From Lama guanicoe (Eukaryota): a stretch of 64,000 bases of DNA. The notes under the pieces were generated by a model. The model was not told the origin of the DNA. It did not search any database and was given only the letters and a program-made list of their open reading frames with translations. Location: assembly GCA_013239625.1 (NCBI GenBank), contig MU054117.1:2106011-2170010 (forward strand). The letters are read 5' to 3'. Shown in pieces: positions 1-12,400 of the stretch. Made by a program: the position numbers and the translations under genes. The stretch's first letter is position 1; every line of letters starts with the position of its first letter.

Positions 1-253
1 GGCCCCAACTTGTCAGCTTCCAGAAGATGAGGGCTAAGCAGACTATGTAATGTGTGTGGCCCCCGTCCCCAGGGTCCTCGCAGATGTCAGAGAGGGTTGT
101 CCTGATGGTAGAGGAGGGCTGGGAGGCAGGGACAGGCAGGGCAAAGTCAGCTGCAAGCGACGACACACCCTGGGCTGGCAGGGCGGCACCCCGGGTGGGT
201 GTCTGTCCCCTGCCTGAGTGGGCCAGGGCCTCAGCTCCACCCCTGCTCCGCAG

Positions 254-356
254 GGCGGGATGTACATCTTCCAGCTGTTCGATTATTATGCCTGCAGCGG
301 CACGTGCCTGCTCTTCCTTTCCGTGTTTGAAGTGATCTGCATCAGCTGGGTGTACG
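254..356 (+). CDS. SLC6A12: SLC6A12 (BGT1) internal coding exon, TM10 region: [34 protein letters not shown](G)
   Basis: cag acceptor at 251-253, gtaag donor at 357; 103 bp; translation matches the SLC6 GABA-transporter TM10 motif GGMY..QLFDYY. Confidence 0.95.
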
Positions 357-1275
357 GTAAGTGGGGTGCGGGGTGCGGATAAGGACAGGTGTGCCGGCCC
401 TCCGGTCTCTGTAGGTCTTTGTGCTGCCGTCCTGGTTCCTTTTACTTGAGAAGTTTCTCCATCGCTGGGAACCCAGGCATCTCCCATCACGGCAGGTGGA
501 GCGGGGGCAGCGATGACACTGAGCTCCTTGAATAGTGAGAATAATTATAAATAACCGTGCACGCCGGTTCCCCGCTGCTTTCCAAGGCTTGTTCTCCGAG
601 GGGATCTGATAAACTCAGTCACAGCCAGGTGCAAATGGCTGATAATCTGTGACACCACAGCACTACCTGGTGTTCACCTGCGGGGGAGTGACTCTGGTGG
701 CATTTCGTGGTGGTCTTTGGTGAGGGGAGGAAGCCCTGTGTCTTCCCTGGTCACCGGCTCTTTACTTCTTAGAAGATACAGCAAATGTGGAAACCTGAGG
801 GCGCTGAACAAAACAGATACAAGCGTCGGTGTTTCCCGGCAACAAACTGGCCCCCTTATGTGCTTCGCTGGGACCGCAGAGGGGCTCCCGGGGTCTGGGG
901 TCCAGCCGCCCCCCTGCCCAGTGCTTCCCGGCCACGCTGTCCGCGCTGGGCTCGCGCAGCGGCTCCCTCGCTGTTTGGCTGCTTTTACTTGAAAGCCAGC
1001 TGTCTCTGTGCCAAACAAGCGCCGGTGGGGCGGCGGAGCCCGCTGACTCGCACCCTCCTCGGTGTGAGGAGGCGGGTCTCCGTCCCTAGACCGGAGACAG
1101 GAGATGCGCTGGGCGGTTCGGGGACTCTCGAGGGCCCCAGCTTGTGGGTGGCAGCCCTCCCGCCTCCCTGTCACTCACATGCCCTGGTCCACGTCCCCCC
1201 ACGGGGTGTGGGGAGGCGGGCAAAGCAGGTAGTCCTTCCCAATACCCACCCGCTGTTCCCCAACCTGCCCGGCAG

Positions 1276-1376
1276 GGGCCGAGCGTTTCTATGACAACGT
1301 TGAGGACATGATTGGCTACCGGCCATGGCCCCTGGTGAAGATCTCCTGGCTCTTCCTGACCCCGGGACTTTGCCTG
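1276..1376 (+). CDS. SLC6A12: SLC6A12 coding exon: (G)[33 protein letters not shown]
   Basis: cag/gtaag boundaries; 101 bp; phase continues from the previous exon; BGT1-like [11 protein letters not shown]. Confidence 0.95.
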
Positions 1377-1819
1377 GTAAGTGCCTGCCAGTGCCCCCAG
1401 CCCCCTTCTGCCTCCGGCCAACTCGGGAGGGGGAGGGGAGGGGCAGGAGGCTGAGTTCTGGGGCTCCTTCCTGCCTGCCCAGGGGCCCGCCCCTCATGTG
1501 CACGGGTTCCCCCGCCTGTCTTTTCTGGGGCCTCCTCAGCTGGCTCCCTGCTTTACCAGCATCACCAGCTGTCTGGTTCCTGCTCCACCCCTTTCTCATG
1601 GCACCTCCATCCACCTGCTTCGTTTCCCAGTGCTTGGTCTCCCTCTGTCTGTCTGCTTGGAGCTCCTCCATCTCCTTCCTGTCTCTGGGCGCAGGGTTCG
1701 TGGCGGCCTTTGCCCTCCCACCTCTGAAAGCGCGGTGTGTTGAGCTGAGCTCCACCCCTGGGGAGAGGTTTCCGGGGCCCCTCCCTCATCTGCTCCTGCC
1801 CCTCCCACTTTCCTTCTAG

Positions 1820-1990
1820 GCCACGTTCCTCTTCTCCTTGAGCAAGTACAGCCCTCTCAAATACAACAACGTCTACGTGTACCCGCCCTGGGGGCGCTCC
1901 ATCGGCTGGCTGCTGGCGCTCTCCTCCATGGGCTGCGTCCCACTCTTCATCCTCACCACCCTCCTGAAGACCCAGGGTTCCCTCAGGAAG
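1820..1990 (+). CDS. SLC6A12: SLC6A12 penultimate coding exon (TM12): [57 protein letters not shown]
   Basis: polypyrimidine tract + tag acceptor, gtagg donor at 1991; 171 bp, open frame. Confidence 0.95.
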
Positions 1991-3147
1991 GTAGGCGCTG
2001 GGGGAGCAGCACCTTAAGAGGGGCACCGCGGGGGCTGGGCTCCAGGCAGGGCGCCACGGCTGGGGCCGGCTCTGAGGGTGGGGCAGCCCTTCAGTCTAAT
2101 GGAATCTTAAGGAGAAGGGTCTTTGAAGACCAGTCCAGTGGCTTCATCTGTAGAAACATTCAAGGGTTCTCCAGTCCTAGACCTTCAGAATCTGACCTCC
2201 AGCAGGTCACTTGGGCAGGCTGACCAAGTGCAAACTGTCAAAGGGTTAAGAGGGAAGCTAAGGCACAAACGAGAACTCAAAGGTGCCAGACCCAGGGGGT
2301 CACAGAGCACAGGTTCCTGCTGTTGGAAACTGGTAACCAGCAGCCACAGCGCATCCAGGGGCTCCTTTTTCATCTGGACCCTGCCCACAAGCCACATGCA
2401 GAAGGCTCCCTGTTCAGGGTTTGGGACATGCCTTCCTGGAAGGGGTGGAGCTGGTGTCCACAGAGGCATGAGTCTGCAGAATCCTGAGCCCAGCCTGCAA
2501 GTAGCAAGTAGGCTTAGTGTCTTTTCACACGTTGAGGACACGGGGGTTGGGGTGGGAGGTGCTGCTGGCATGTGGTTCAGCTAGTTAAAGAGGCTATCAG
2601 GGACCAGACTCTTCCGCTATGTCTGCATATTCATCCTGGTCACATTGTCTTTTCACTGGCACGCTTATCACCTCATGGTCACAATATGGTTGTCATGACT
2701 CCAGTCATCACGTCTGCATTCAAGGCAAGGAGGAGTTGGCACCAATTCCAGTAGCAATGGTAGTGCGACTACTCAGAAGAAGAGTAGACCTCACTGAGTG
2801 TGTAGTGACAGCGGCGATGAGCTCAGTAATCGGGAAGAGAACAAAATGAGCACTTGCCGATGCCCTGCCCGGTCCAGGCGCTGTCCTACGAGGTGTGTGC
2901 TGTCATTTTACAGACAGGCACGGGGGGCTAAATGGGTTGCCTGTGATGACACAGGCATCAGTAGGAGCCAGGACTGGAACCAGGCAGCTCCCGCTCTCAG
3001 TCACCATGTCCCTGCCCGGTCTGCCTTCTCCAGACTTGCGCTCACTCGTGCTGAGCTGTCCCACGTGCTGGCTCCGTGCTGGGCCCCGGGGACACATCTT
3101 TGCCTCTCTAGGCAACAGCACCCCCTGACTCCCTCTTCTCCCCGCAG

Positions 3148-3273
3148 CGCCTGCGGCAGCTCATCACCCCCGACCCCAGCCTGCCACAGCCCACACGGCA
3201 CCTGCATCTGGACTGTGAGCCCTCTGCGGCCAAGGAGGGACTCATGGCTGGGGAGAAGGAAACACACTTGTAG
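3148..3273 (+). CDS. SLC6A12: SLC6A12 terminal coding exon: [41 protein letters not shown]
   Basis: cag acceptor at 3145-3147; TAG at 3271-3273; C-terminal EKETHL is the BGT1 PDZ-binding tail and distinguishes it from SLC6A13/SLC6A11. Confidence 0.95.
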   Translation, partial: RLRQLITPDPSLPQPTRHLHLDCEPSAAKEGLMAGEKETHL

Positions 3274-6200
3274 GATGTGGCGGGAAGCCGGGTGGCTGCT
3301 GAGCCAGGAGCCTGGGTCAGGGCCCCCTCCACCCCCAGCAGACAGCCTTCGCCTCTGCCCCTCCCACAGTCCCGCTGAGAAGCTCTGTGGTGGCCTAGAG
3401 CTGGTGCCACCGGCCTGCCGTGCCTGTTGGAACACACCGTCTTGTCTGCAAAGGAGGTGGCCTTCCTGGACTCCACCATCTGATCGTATATAAAACGCAC
3501 TGCAACGTGTCACAGAGGGAAGCCCCCGCGGGGAGGCCTCCTCTCAGAACGCACGTCTCTGTGCTGGGAGGGTGCCAGTGGGGTGCACACCGCGACCTGA
3601 CTCAGGGAACCCGACGGGACACACCATGTCGGATGTGACAGCTGAGCACCCACACTGGGGTCTGCATTCTGTTGGAGGGGGTCCTTCGCTGGCTTAGCGT
3701 CCTGGAGCCCACGAGAAGGAACCAGAGAAACCGCCAGGAGGCAACCTGCGCACACCGCAGTTGTCTTGGGCTTCCCTGGAGGCCATCTCTCAAGGTGTCC
3801 CTCAGCTCTCAGAGCACCGGGGCAGGAGGGGCTCGGGATGGTCCCTGGACTTGGCAGATACGACGTGTGTGTCTCTACGGGCCTGTGCCCGAGACAGACA
3901 CTGCTAGGCCATCACAGGTCCTTCCCCACTCACACCCTTCCAAGGACAGTGCTCCCCGCAGCCCCACTTGCCACCCTGCTTTTGCCCATACCCTGACTTC
4001 ATGGGTGGGGAAACTGAGGACCAGAGACAAAGTGGCTTCTCAAGGTCGCACAGCACCTGGGGCCAGACTCGACTAAACCCGGTCTCTGTTCTCAGGCCGG
4101 CGTCCCTCCCCCTGCACCTCCCGCCTGGTTAACAAGCATGCATGGTCGCCTGCCACGTGTGCCAGACTTCTTTAGCCCGCCGTTTCTGCTCGGTTGTACC
4201 TCCTGGGAGTGGGAGAGAGGGGAGGGTCCCCTCTGGGTGGGGTGAGCAGCTCCCCTAGATTGGCAGCCCTGCCTTGGCAGTTCCTCCACCAGCCCAAACC
4301 CCTCAGGCCACATTTCCTCTCTGGACTTTTGTGTTCTCACCGCTTTTCCCCTCCCCTCCCCCAGGGGAGGCCTTGGCGTCTGTCAGAGTCCTCTCCCACC
4401 CAGAGAGAGGCATGAGGGTGCCCCTCCCCATGCGGCTGCCAAACCACGCCAAAGCCTTCCCTGGCTGGGGAGGGCTTCCTGGAGGAGGAAGGCCAGGCTT
4501 GGATGAGCTCTGTGGCCCTGTGTTCCAAAGGGAAGGGGGTGGGGTGGGGGTGGGCCCCTTCTGGACAGTCTCCTGGAGGCTGTAAGAAGGGACGCCGCCT
4601 GCAGTGAGGCACAGGCAGATGTCACTTTCGTGGCCGGAGTAGATCTATGGTCCGGCCAGGGTGAGTTCCACCCCGACAATGCACGCTTCCTCAGAGCATC
4701 CACCAGCCCTCACCCAGGCCTGTACGTTCTCCACCACTGGAGCGTGGACACCCTGGACACAAGCAGACGTCCAGACTCCTGGGTTATGGACGTCCCCTTC
4801 TGCCTCCCTCTGGGCTGCTCTGTGCACCGGTGCTCACTTTTACTGGGCGAGTTAGTGGGTGAAGAAGGAGGTCCAGGAGAAGTGGGTGGGGAGAAACTGC
4901 TTCTGCCAGATCCCTCGCTTTTAGGGAGCAGGGCAGGCATGGTGCCCTCTGCTGCCACCTGGTGGCAGGTGGGAGCAGTGCCGCCTCCCACCTCCTGAGG
5001 CCCCTCACCCCTGCCCTCTCTGGGCAGATGGGCACGCTGAGCCCTTCCCCTTCCCTGTGCACGCTCTCTCCCTCTGGAGACTACAACTCCCTACCCCCTC
5101 CTCCCCGTGGCTCCGGTGGGTCTCCTCAGAGAGTCGGCTTGCTCTGGGGCAGCCCAGCGGCCCAGGACCAGCTAGGGGTGGGAGTGGAGGCTGGCAGTCT
5201 CCTCGGCCACTGGCTGCCTCCCCCAGGTGCTCTGTGCTAAGCAACCTGGGTCCTTTCGGCCTGGAGAACAGCATTTTCCGCTGTTGGCGGTTCTGCACGT
5301 GGGTGGGGCCCAAGCTGTCTCCAGCTCCCGGGGGTCCTGGGCCTCACCTTCTCCATCTCTGCAGACTGTCCACAGGCACCCAGGACCCTCTCCTTCTTCC
5401 CTCACTGCCATGATTGACCAGTTCTCTCAGCTGCCGCAGATCCCCTGGCTTTACACTCTGCTCTGGCCTGGGGACTGCAGGAGGCAGTGGTCTACAACAG
5501 TTCCTTCCTGACAGCCTCTTCCAGGCCTGGCACCGAGTCCAGCCTCTGTGGCCCCTGCATCCAAAGGGACCTAGATGGGGTGGGTTGGGGCTGGAGGGAA
5601 CAAAGCGCAGGGAAAGGGACTTCAGGCCAACTGCACAGCTCATGGGAACCCACTCATCTTGGGTCCACAGCATGGGGAGAGGGCAGCAATCTGACTCATG
5701 TACCCAGAGCACTGATTCGTGTGTGTGTGTGTGGGTGTGCACGCGCACGCGGGGATAAGTGCTCATGTGTGTGTAAATAGCAGGTGTGGGGTTAGAACTT
5801 GGGGTGTTTTCATCACATCTCCTGGGCTGTCTGGGTGTTAAACTGGTAGCCCAACCTGGCAGCTCTGATTTGTTTGGCCAGTATGGCATTAAAGAAATCT
5901 TTTAAAGTGAGTGCCTTTAGGCATTGCACATTTGGCCACAGGCTCCACCACTCCCTATTACCCATTTCAGACCTTTTCACATGTTCATGTCTGAGGGCAT
6001 CTGAATTCATAATCTATGCCCTAGGGGAGGAACCCAGAACCCTGGCTTGAGCAGAAGGGGGAACCGCAGGCCGGCGGCCTCCGGAGTCCCGGTGCCTGGG
6101 AAGGGGTAGTCATTGGACAGCCATCAGGTATTTGGAGGAAGGAGCCAGGAATGGGTTTTGGGGGAAAATATAATCACATAGTCACAGGCTAGAGCTCAGC

Positions 6201-6319
6201 TCACTGGAAACCTGCACCTTGTCCTCCAATGGCAGGGGCACAGAAGGAGCTCCCTGCGCGAACCTTGCAGCCCACTTCCACCTGCTCTCCCATCAAGGCC
6301 CTGGGGGCCAGCCTCCAAG

Positions 6320-6725
6320 ATGGCCTGGTGAGCACAGGGATGTGGAATGGAGGTGCGTGACTTCTGTGGTGGGTTTTGGAGGCACCGAAGCTTCTGCCTT
6401 GATCTCTGGGATCAATGGCTGCAGGGACCCGTTCTGTGGACACTCAGGCAGCCCAGTGGAGAGGCCCCTGTGGAGGGCGCTGAGGCTCCGGCTGAGAGCC
6501 ACCTCGAGAGCTGGCTGGTGTGTAAGCATGTGGAAGTGGGTCCCATGGCCCGGTGGAGTCTCCTGATGACCGAGGGCCTGGGGTCACTGGCTGTGACCTC
6601 ATGAGGGGCCCTGAGTGGGATGCCCAGCCAGGTGGGCCCTGAATTCCCGACCCAAGTGACAGGTAATGACTGTGCTGTTGTCTTAAGTCGCCGAGTGTTG
6701 GAGTAATTTGTTAGCAGCTAATACA
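6320..6725 (+). mobile_element. Old MaLR (MLT1-like) LTR fragment
   Basis: motifs such as ggagaggcccctgtggagggcgctgaggc and the terminal tgttgtcttaagtcgccgagtgttggagtaatttgttagcagc typical of MLT1 3' ends. Confidence 0.6.
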
Positions 6726-7619
6726 GGACCGTGGCCCCCGACGACAAGAATCGCGCTCTTCGACGGCCTGGGAAGGGGCAGCCTCGCTGCTGTCCTTCCT
6801 GCCGGAGCCCCTGGCCTTCCTCTGCCTCCTCATGACCCCTGACCCCGGCAGGGCCTCCCTGACCCCGGCCTTGCCCTCTTCGGCCTGTGCTGGGGCAGGT
6901 GAGGCTGCCTGCCCCCTGATGACCCGGCTTCCCTGCAGGTTTAGCTGCTCAGGGAAGTAACAAGGGCAGGTTGGCCCTGATAGGGGTGAGAAGCGTGTTA
7001 ACCACCCGTCAGGAAGACGGTGGGGGCTGACGAGGGCCAGGCCACAGGTCAGGTGGGCTGAGGCTGGCTGGTGCCCGGGCCCTGCGTGCCAGAATTTTCT
7101 GTCTCCAGTCTGACCTCCAGCCGGCACGGTCAGGTCACTTGCTCCTGTGGTCTGAGGGCCCCTCCAGTCATGTAACTGGCTCAGGAGGCGAGCACAGAGT
7201 TGCCAGGTGATGCTACAGAGAGGGGGAGGGGAGCCCTCGATGGGCGGCCGGGTTCCCTCTGCAGGGTCAGTGCCCAACCCCACTGCTGTAGTGAGAATTC
7301 GGCCAGGACTCCTGATGCAACTTCTTCCTGAGGCTTTCTCTGCCCACATGCTCTCTCCGGAAGGCTCGGCCCTGAGGCCACAACGCCAGCCATCCCTGGT
7401 GACCAGCACTGGACAAGCCCCTCGCAGGAGACTCAGGCTCCCAGCCGCAGGAGTAAGTACAGGTGGCTGCTCCGGCCTCCGCAGTGCAGGTGGCCTGGGT
7501 CTGTTGTCCTGAGGACACTGGGGACGAGGACAGAGGGTGGCCGGAGCAGGCCAGCGGGGCAGAGGAGGAACGGCCCCTCACCAGCTGCAGGCCTGTCCTC
7601 TGAATTAGTTCTGATGCTT

Positions 7620-9450
7620 CCCACCTCTTGATTCTTCAGGACTTTTTAGCAGATAATCAGGCCGTCGGGAAATACTGCTGATTTATTTCTCCAGTTATCT
7701 CTCCTTCCCTTTTCGCCTTGTCTTTCTTGACTTGGTAACTAGAAGGAGTGGGAGGACACGCCTGTGCCTTCTCCTCAGTTCGAAAGGAACTCTAACGTTC
7801 ACCGCTACGGAGGGTGGCTGGTGTAGATTTCTGGTGGGTACCAGTCATTAGGCTGTGAAGTTTTCTCCTCTTCCAAGGCTGCTGTTTTTTAAAAATCAAG
7901 AGTAAGTGTTGAATTTTATTGATTGCTTTTTCTGCATTTCTCAAGATGCTCATTCTGCTTTTTTCCTTTAATCTTTAATGTAGGGAATGATATTAATATT
8001 TTTCTTTTTTAAATTAAAAAAAATTGTACACAATTTTTAAAGGTTTCTTTCCAATTACAGTTATTACAAAACATTGGCTATATTCCCTGTGTTGTACTCG
8101 ATTTGTCTAAATTGAACAATCTTTCAAATGCTGGGACAGACTTAATTTGGTCGTGGTGTAAGAATCTTTTGCTGTTCGGTGCTAGATTCAGTATGTCCAC
8201 GTGTTGCTTAGGGCTTTGCACTTATGCTCATAGTGAGTGGCCTATGGTTTTCGTTCTCACATTGTCCTTGTCTGGTTTAGTTTTTGTTTTTACAGGACTC
8301 ATGAAAAGGAGTTTGGGAAGTTTCTTTTTCTCTTCTCTGAAAGAGTTAACAGTGAGGCGGGAAGCCCCATAAAAAGGCCGGCAGAACCCCCGTGCAGGGC
8401 CACTACTCTCCTGCCAACACGATCTGGTTCCCTGGCCCAGGGGCTCTATCTCACTTTTTGCCTGTGAAATGGCTTACTTACCCTAAAATTCTATTGGTTC
8501 CCTGAGCTCACTTCTGATTGGTTATTTCCTTCACTCCTGATTGGTTATTACTCTCACTTCTGATTGGTCCACTTCCCTAACTTCTGATTGATCCATTTGT
8601 AGTACTTCATTTGCATGGAGCTCAATCCTGATTGGTCCATTTCTCTCACTCCTGATTGGTTATTTCTCTCACACCTGATTGGTCTATTTCTACAAAGGTT
8701 GTTCCTGGTTGTTCAACTTTTGTTATACATTATTTGCATGTGATGTTGCAACTTGTAAATTGGCAGCCTATAAAGGCCTGTGTAAACCTACAAACGGGGT
8801 CCAGAGGTTGGAGTGTTAACTCTTGGTCTTGCTGGTGTGATAAACCGGGGTTTTCAAACTCTGCGACTGCTGCTTGGTCTCTCGCCTGGGCACAGGTTGT
8901 TGTCACCGCTGAGCTGTAACATGTTTTTCCGCAGCAAGAGGTTGGAACTCTGTTCCTTGAATGCGTAGTAGAATTTTGCAAAACTAACTGGCCCAGTGTT
9001 GTTTTTGGTAGGGGGTGGTTGATAGATTGCTAACGTCATATTCAGATTTCTGTAGGGCTGTCTCTCTCAGATGGCCTGCTTGTTCTTAAGCAAGTTTGGG
9101 AAGATGTTTTTCTAGAATAGTGTTCGTCCTGCCAAGGTTTTCAAACTTACTGTCATAGGTTTGTATTTTATTTGTAGTATTGTCTCTATTTAAAAAATGT
9201 CTCCAACGCATAGTGAAGCCCCCTTTCTTGCCCTCAGGTCTTTTTTCTCTTTCATGATCGTCTCAGCAGAGCTTTGTCAGTTTACTAGCAATTCCTTAGA
9301 ACTGACTTGGGGCTTTTGTGAGACTTGCCACTGTGCGTGTGTTTTGTTTCATTATGTCTGTTTTGGTCTCGCTTGTTTCCTTACTCCTGCTTACTGTGGG
9401 ATTATTCCCTTGTCCGTTTTGTAACTTCTTAAACAGTCCCCTTACACGTA
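7620..9450 (-). mobile_element. Degraded L1M fragment(s), antisense, interrupted by a younger L1 3' end (about 8000-8100) and an LTR
   Basis: T-rich stretch; ggagtttgggaagtttc...gaaagagtt resumes after the LTR as tccttgaatgcgtagtagaatt, matching antisense L1 ORF2 consensus as recalled. Confidence 0.65.
8353..8936 (+). mobile_element. Solo ERV LTR with tandem CCAAT-box array
   Basis: starts TG (tgaggcggg); eight ctgattgg-like units at about 23-bp spacing; two ATTTGCAT octamers; TATAAA at 8769; ends CA at 8921 or 8936; interrupts an L1 fragment. Confidence 0.75.
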
Positions 9451-12400
9451 AAAGGAAGCAAGTGGTCTGACAAACGGTTACCGACCTGGGTTCTTGGACT
9501 CCTTAATCAATAAACATTTGTTTGTGAGGCCAGAAGAGGAATTCAGGCAAGGCTGTGCTGGGGCTCCCGGGAGCGGAGGGAGATAAGTAACAAGTGCCCT
9601 GCTCGCGCCCGGGGCAGGCGGTGGGGAGCTGGTCCCTTAAATGAGGTGCCGTAGGGTTGGGAGGTTCATGGCAGAGGGGTGCCTTAGGTGGTCTGCCGGC
9701 CCCCTTGGTGGCACCGTGTGCAGGGATCACACCTGGTACCCTGATTTTGCTTTCAGCCCCTCAGAAGTGGCAGTTTTGGTCTTTTTGTATCTTATTGTTC
9801 ATGATTTGCCCCAACTGCGAATGCACGCAGTTATTTTTAGTCTCTTATAGTCGTTTTGGTGTTCTGTTGCTGGAGGAAACATTTGTGCAGGTGCAAACAC
9901 TGCAGCAAAGGGCCCAGGTCCCAGCCTGTCTCATGACCTGTCTGCTTCCAAGTCTGACCCTGAGGGACTCTGTGACTCCCTGTGGCAGTGTACAAGGCTC
10001 CCTCATGCCTGCCTTCTGTTCCCCTGTGGGGGTGGGGAGGGAGGCTGCTTCCCACCCAGATGCCTTGGAACAGAAGGAAACTGGGGGCTCCCCGGGGGGC
10101 AACAGGTCTGTCCAGGGAGGTTGGGAATGTGGGAACAAGAGTCAGCTCTCCTGGTGGTCCCCTTCCCTGCTGCTGGTTCCCACAACTTTTCCAGAGCTTG
10201 CCTTGAGGTTTTAGGGTCATGGGAGCAGGAAGTACTGAGGTACTAGGGCTTGGCTAGTGGGGTTAGGGCGCCCGGTTCTCTAGGGAAAGAAGCCACCAGA
10301 CCTGTCAGGGGGATGGGAGGAGGGGCTGAAGAAAGAGTTCCATCCCTCCCCCATCTCCTGAGCCCAGTTCCCTCATCCTCTGGCCAGAATGGAATTTTCC
10401 TGGTAGGACCAGTTCTGACTCCAGGCTGGGGCGTGGAGCTGATCCCTGTCTGGGCCCAGCTGCCTTCCTGGGAAGGGGAGGGGCGCAGATAAGACTCCAG
10501 GCCACTGGGCTCTGGCTGGGCCTCACCTCCTCCCTGTGGGAGGGCATGTCTCCCCCACCCTGGGAAGGGTCTCTCCAGGCCATGCTGTGCCCTGGGACAG
10601 GAGCTCTTTGGGAGACTTCTTCCCTGGCACCCTGATCTGTGTCATCGGTCCTGGCTGCCAGGTCCTCCACAGGGTCACCTGGGGTCAGAGGAGAGGGAAT
10701 GAGCGGGAGGTGCGTGGAGCAAGTGAGGGGACCCACTGTCAGGCAGCAGACAGCTTGCAAAGTAGTGTGGAGGCCTGAGAGGAGGAGACGAGCTTGGCAG
10801 GGTCAGAGCCAGGGGAGCCAGGGGACCCAGAAGGCGTCCCTCCGGAGCAGTGACCACAAGCAGTCGGTCGGGGAACGGTGGGCCAATGAGAACAGCCCGG
10901 GTGTCTCACAGCCAAGCCTTAGCCTGCACCTCCTGCCCTAAATCACCTCTGTCCCAGTGCTTTCCTTCGAGCATCCTGGGTGTCCACATACGGTGATTGG
11001 TGGTGACTTCTGGAAAGCAGTGGTCAATCAGCCACGTCTGTCAAGGCAGGGAAAGCAGGGCGGCCCGCAGTGACGTCTGCCAGCCCGACTGGAGGAGAAA
11101 TCAGCTCTTGCTGACGTGTGAAGGTCGACAGCCCCAGGGCTGGGTGCTAGTAGGCCATGGGGTTCATCCCGTAATTATTCTAAATGGCAAACCTGAGTCT
11201 GCTTGGAGCAGGGAGACAGGGAGGAGGGGGACAGTGGGGCCTGCAGGTGGACCGGACCCCGGACTGGCCTCCTCCCCAGCAGGAGGTGATCCCAACAGCA
11301 GCTGCCTGGTGCCAGGGGAGCTCTCCTCTCTGCTGGGCTTGTCTCCCGGGCTCTGCTCTGATGCCCGGCCCTCAGCGCTGCCCCCACCCACTGCCCACTC
11401 CCAACTCACTTCCTTTCCCGAGATCACGGTGACCATCTGTCCTGGGTTTTCTAAGAGAGGCCTAATTTTATTATTTCCTCAATTAAGGTGGTTTTAAGCA
11501 TTAGTAAGAATTTTTGTGCAAGTAAGTGTATGCATCGGGAAACACAAGGCTGACTGTCGCCGTTTCTGCCTCCTTCCGTGCCTTGCGGTGGTTTCTGAGC
11601 TGCTTGCCCACCCTCAGACCCGACTTGACCTTGTGGGATTTGCCTCCTCAGAGAGGCCTTCCCTGACTGCTCGGACACAGCCCCACCCCATCACCTCCAC
11701 TGCACCACCTTCCGCTGTCTGAAGAGTTGGTCCATTGTGTGTTTTTGATGGCACCACCCAGCGTGAACCCCTGGAGAGCAGGCACTTTGCTGGGCCCATC
11801 GCCGCACCTCCCCCGCACCTGGACCACCACCGGCTGCACCCCCGGCGCTGGGTGTTTGTGAGCCTGTTGAATTTTCCCGATTCTAGTGCTGGCACCTTCT
11901 GGCCCATTCATCTCAGCCAGACACCTGCAAATCCTGGGCCCCCTTGTTGGAAACATTCTAAGTCAATGGCTGATGAGTTTGAGCTTCCTGCATCTGAAGG
12001 GTCACTGCAAGGGAGAGGCGCTGACCGTCACTCTCCAGCCCTCCGAGGGGTAGATCCAGAGGGCCTGGGACACCAGAGGATGTCTCTTTTTCTCACCGGA
12101 GAGCCAGCGCCTCCCTCTAGATGGCCTCAGAGGCTAGAAGACTTGGAGAATGCTGCCCCTGTCCCCAGCCCATGTCCCCAGACAGACAGCAGCGTTTGGC
12201 CCCAGGCCCTCTCCCAGGCCTGCGCTCAGGGGTGCTCTCAAGGGGCCAGTCCTCAGCTTCCTGGGTCGGAGAGTTCCCAGGATGGGACAGGTCAGAGCTG
12301 GCCCCAGGCTTCTCCTGGGATTCCCCGTTTTTGGGAAAAGGGCGAGGTCACGTTCCTTTCACAGATAGTGGGCCCAGCCGGGACGCTGTCTGGGTTTCTA

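Noticed and set aside
254..3273. SLC6A12 or IQSEC3 as a pseudogene
   Set aside because: All visible exons are open, in phase and bounded by GT-AG, and the catalytic and terminal motifs are intact
8491..8690. Regularly spaced direct repeats resembling a CRISPR array
   Set aside because: Eukaryotic context, about 23-bp units with similar rather than unique spacers, no cas genes; it is an LTR U3 enhancer array
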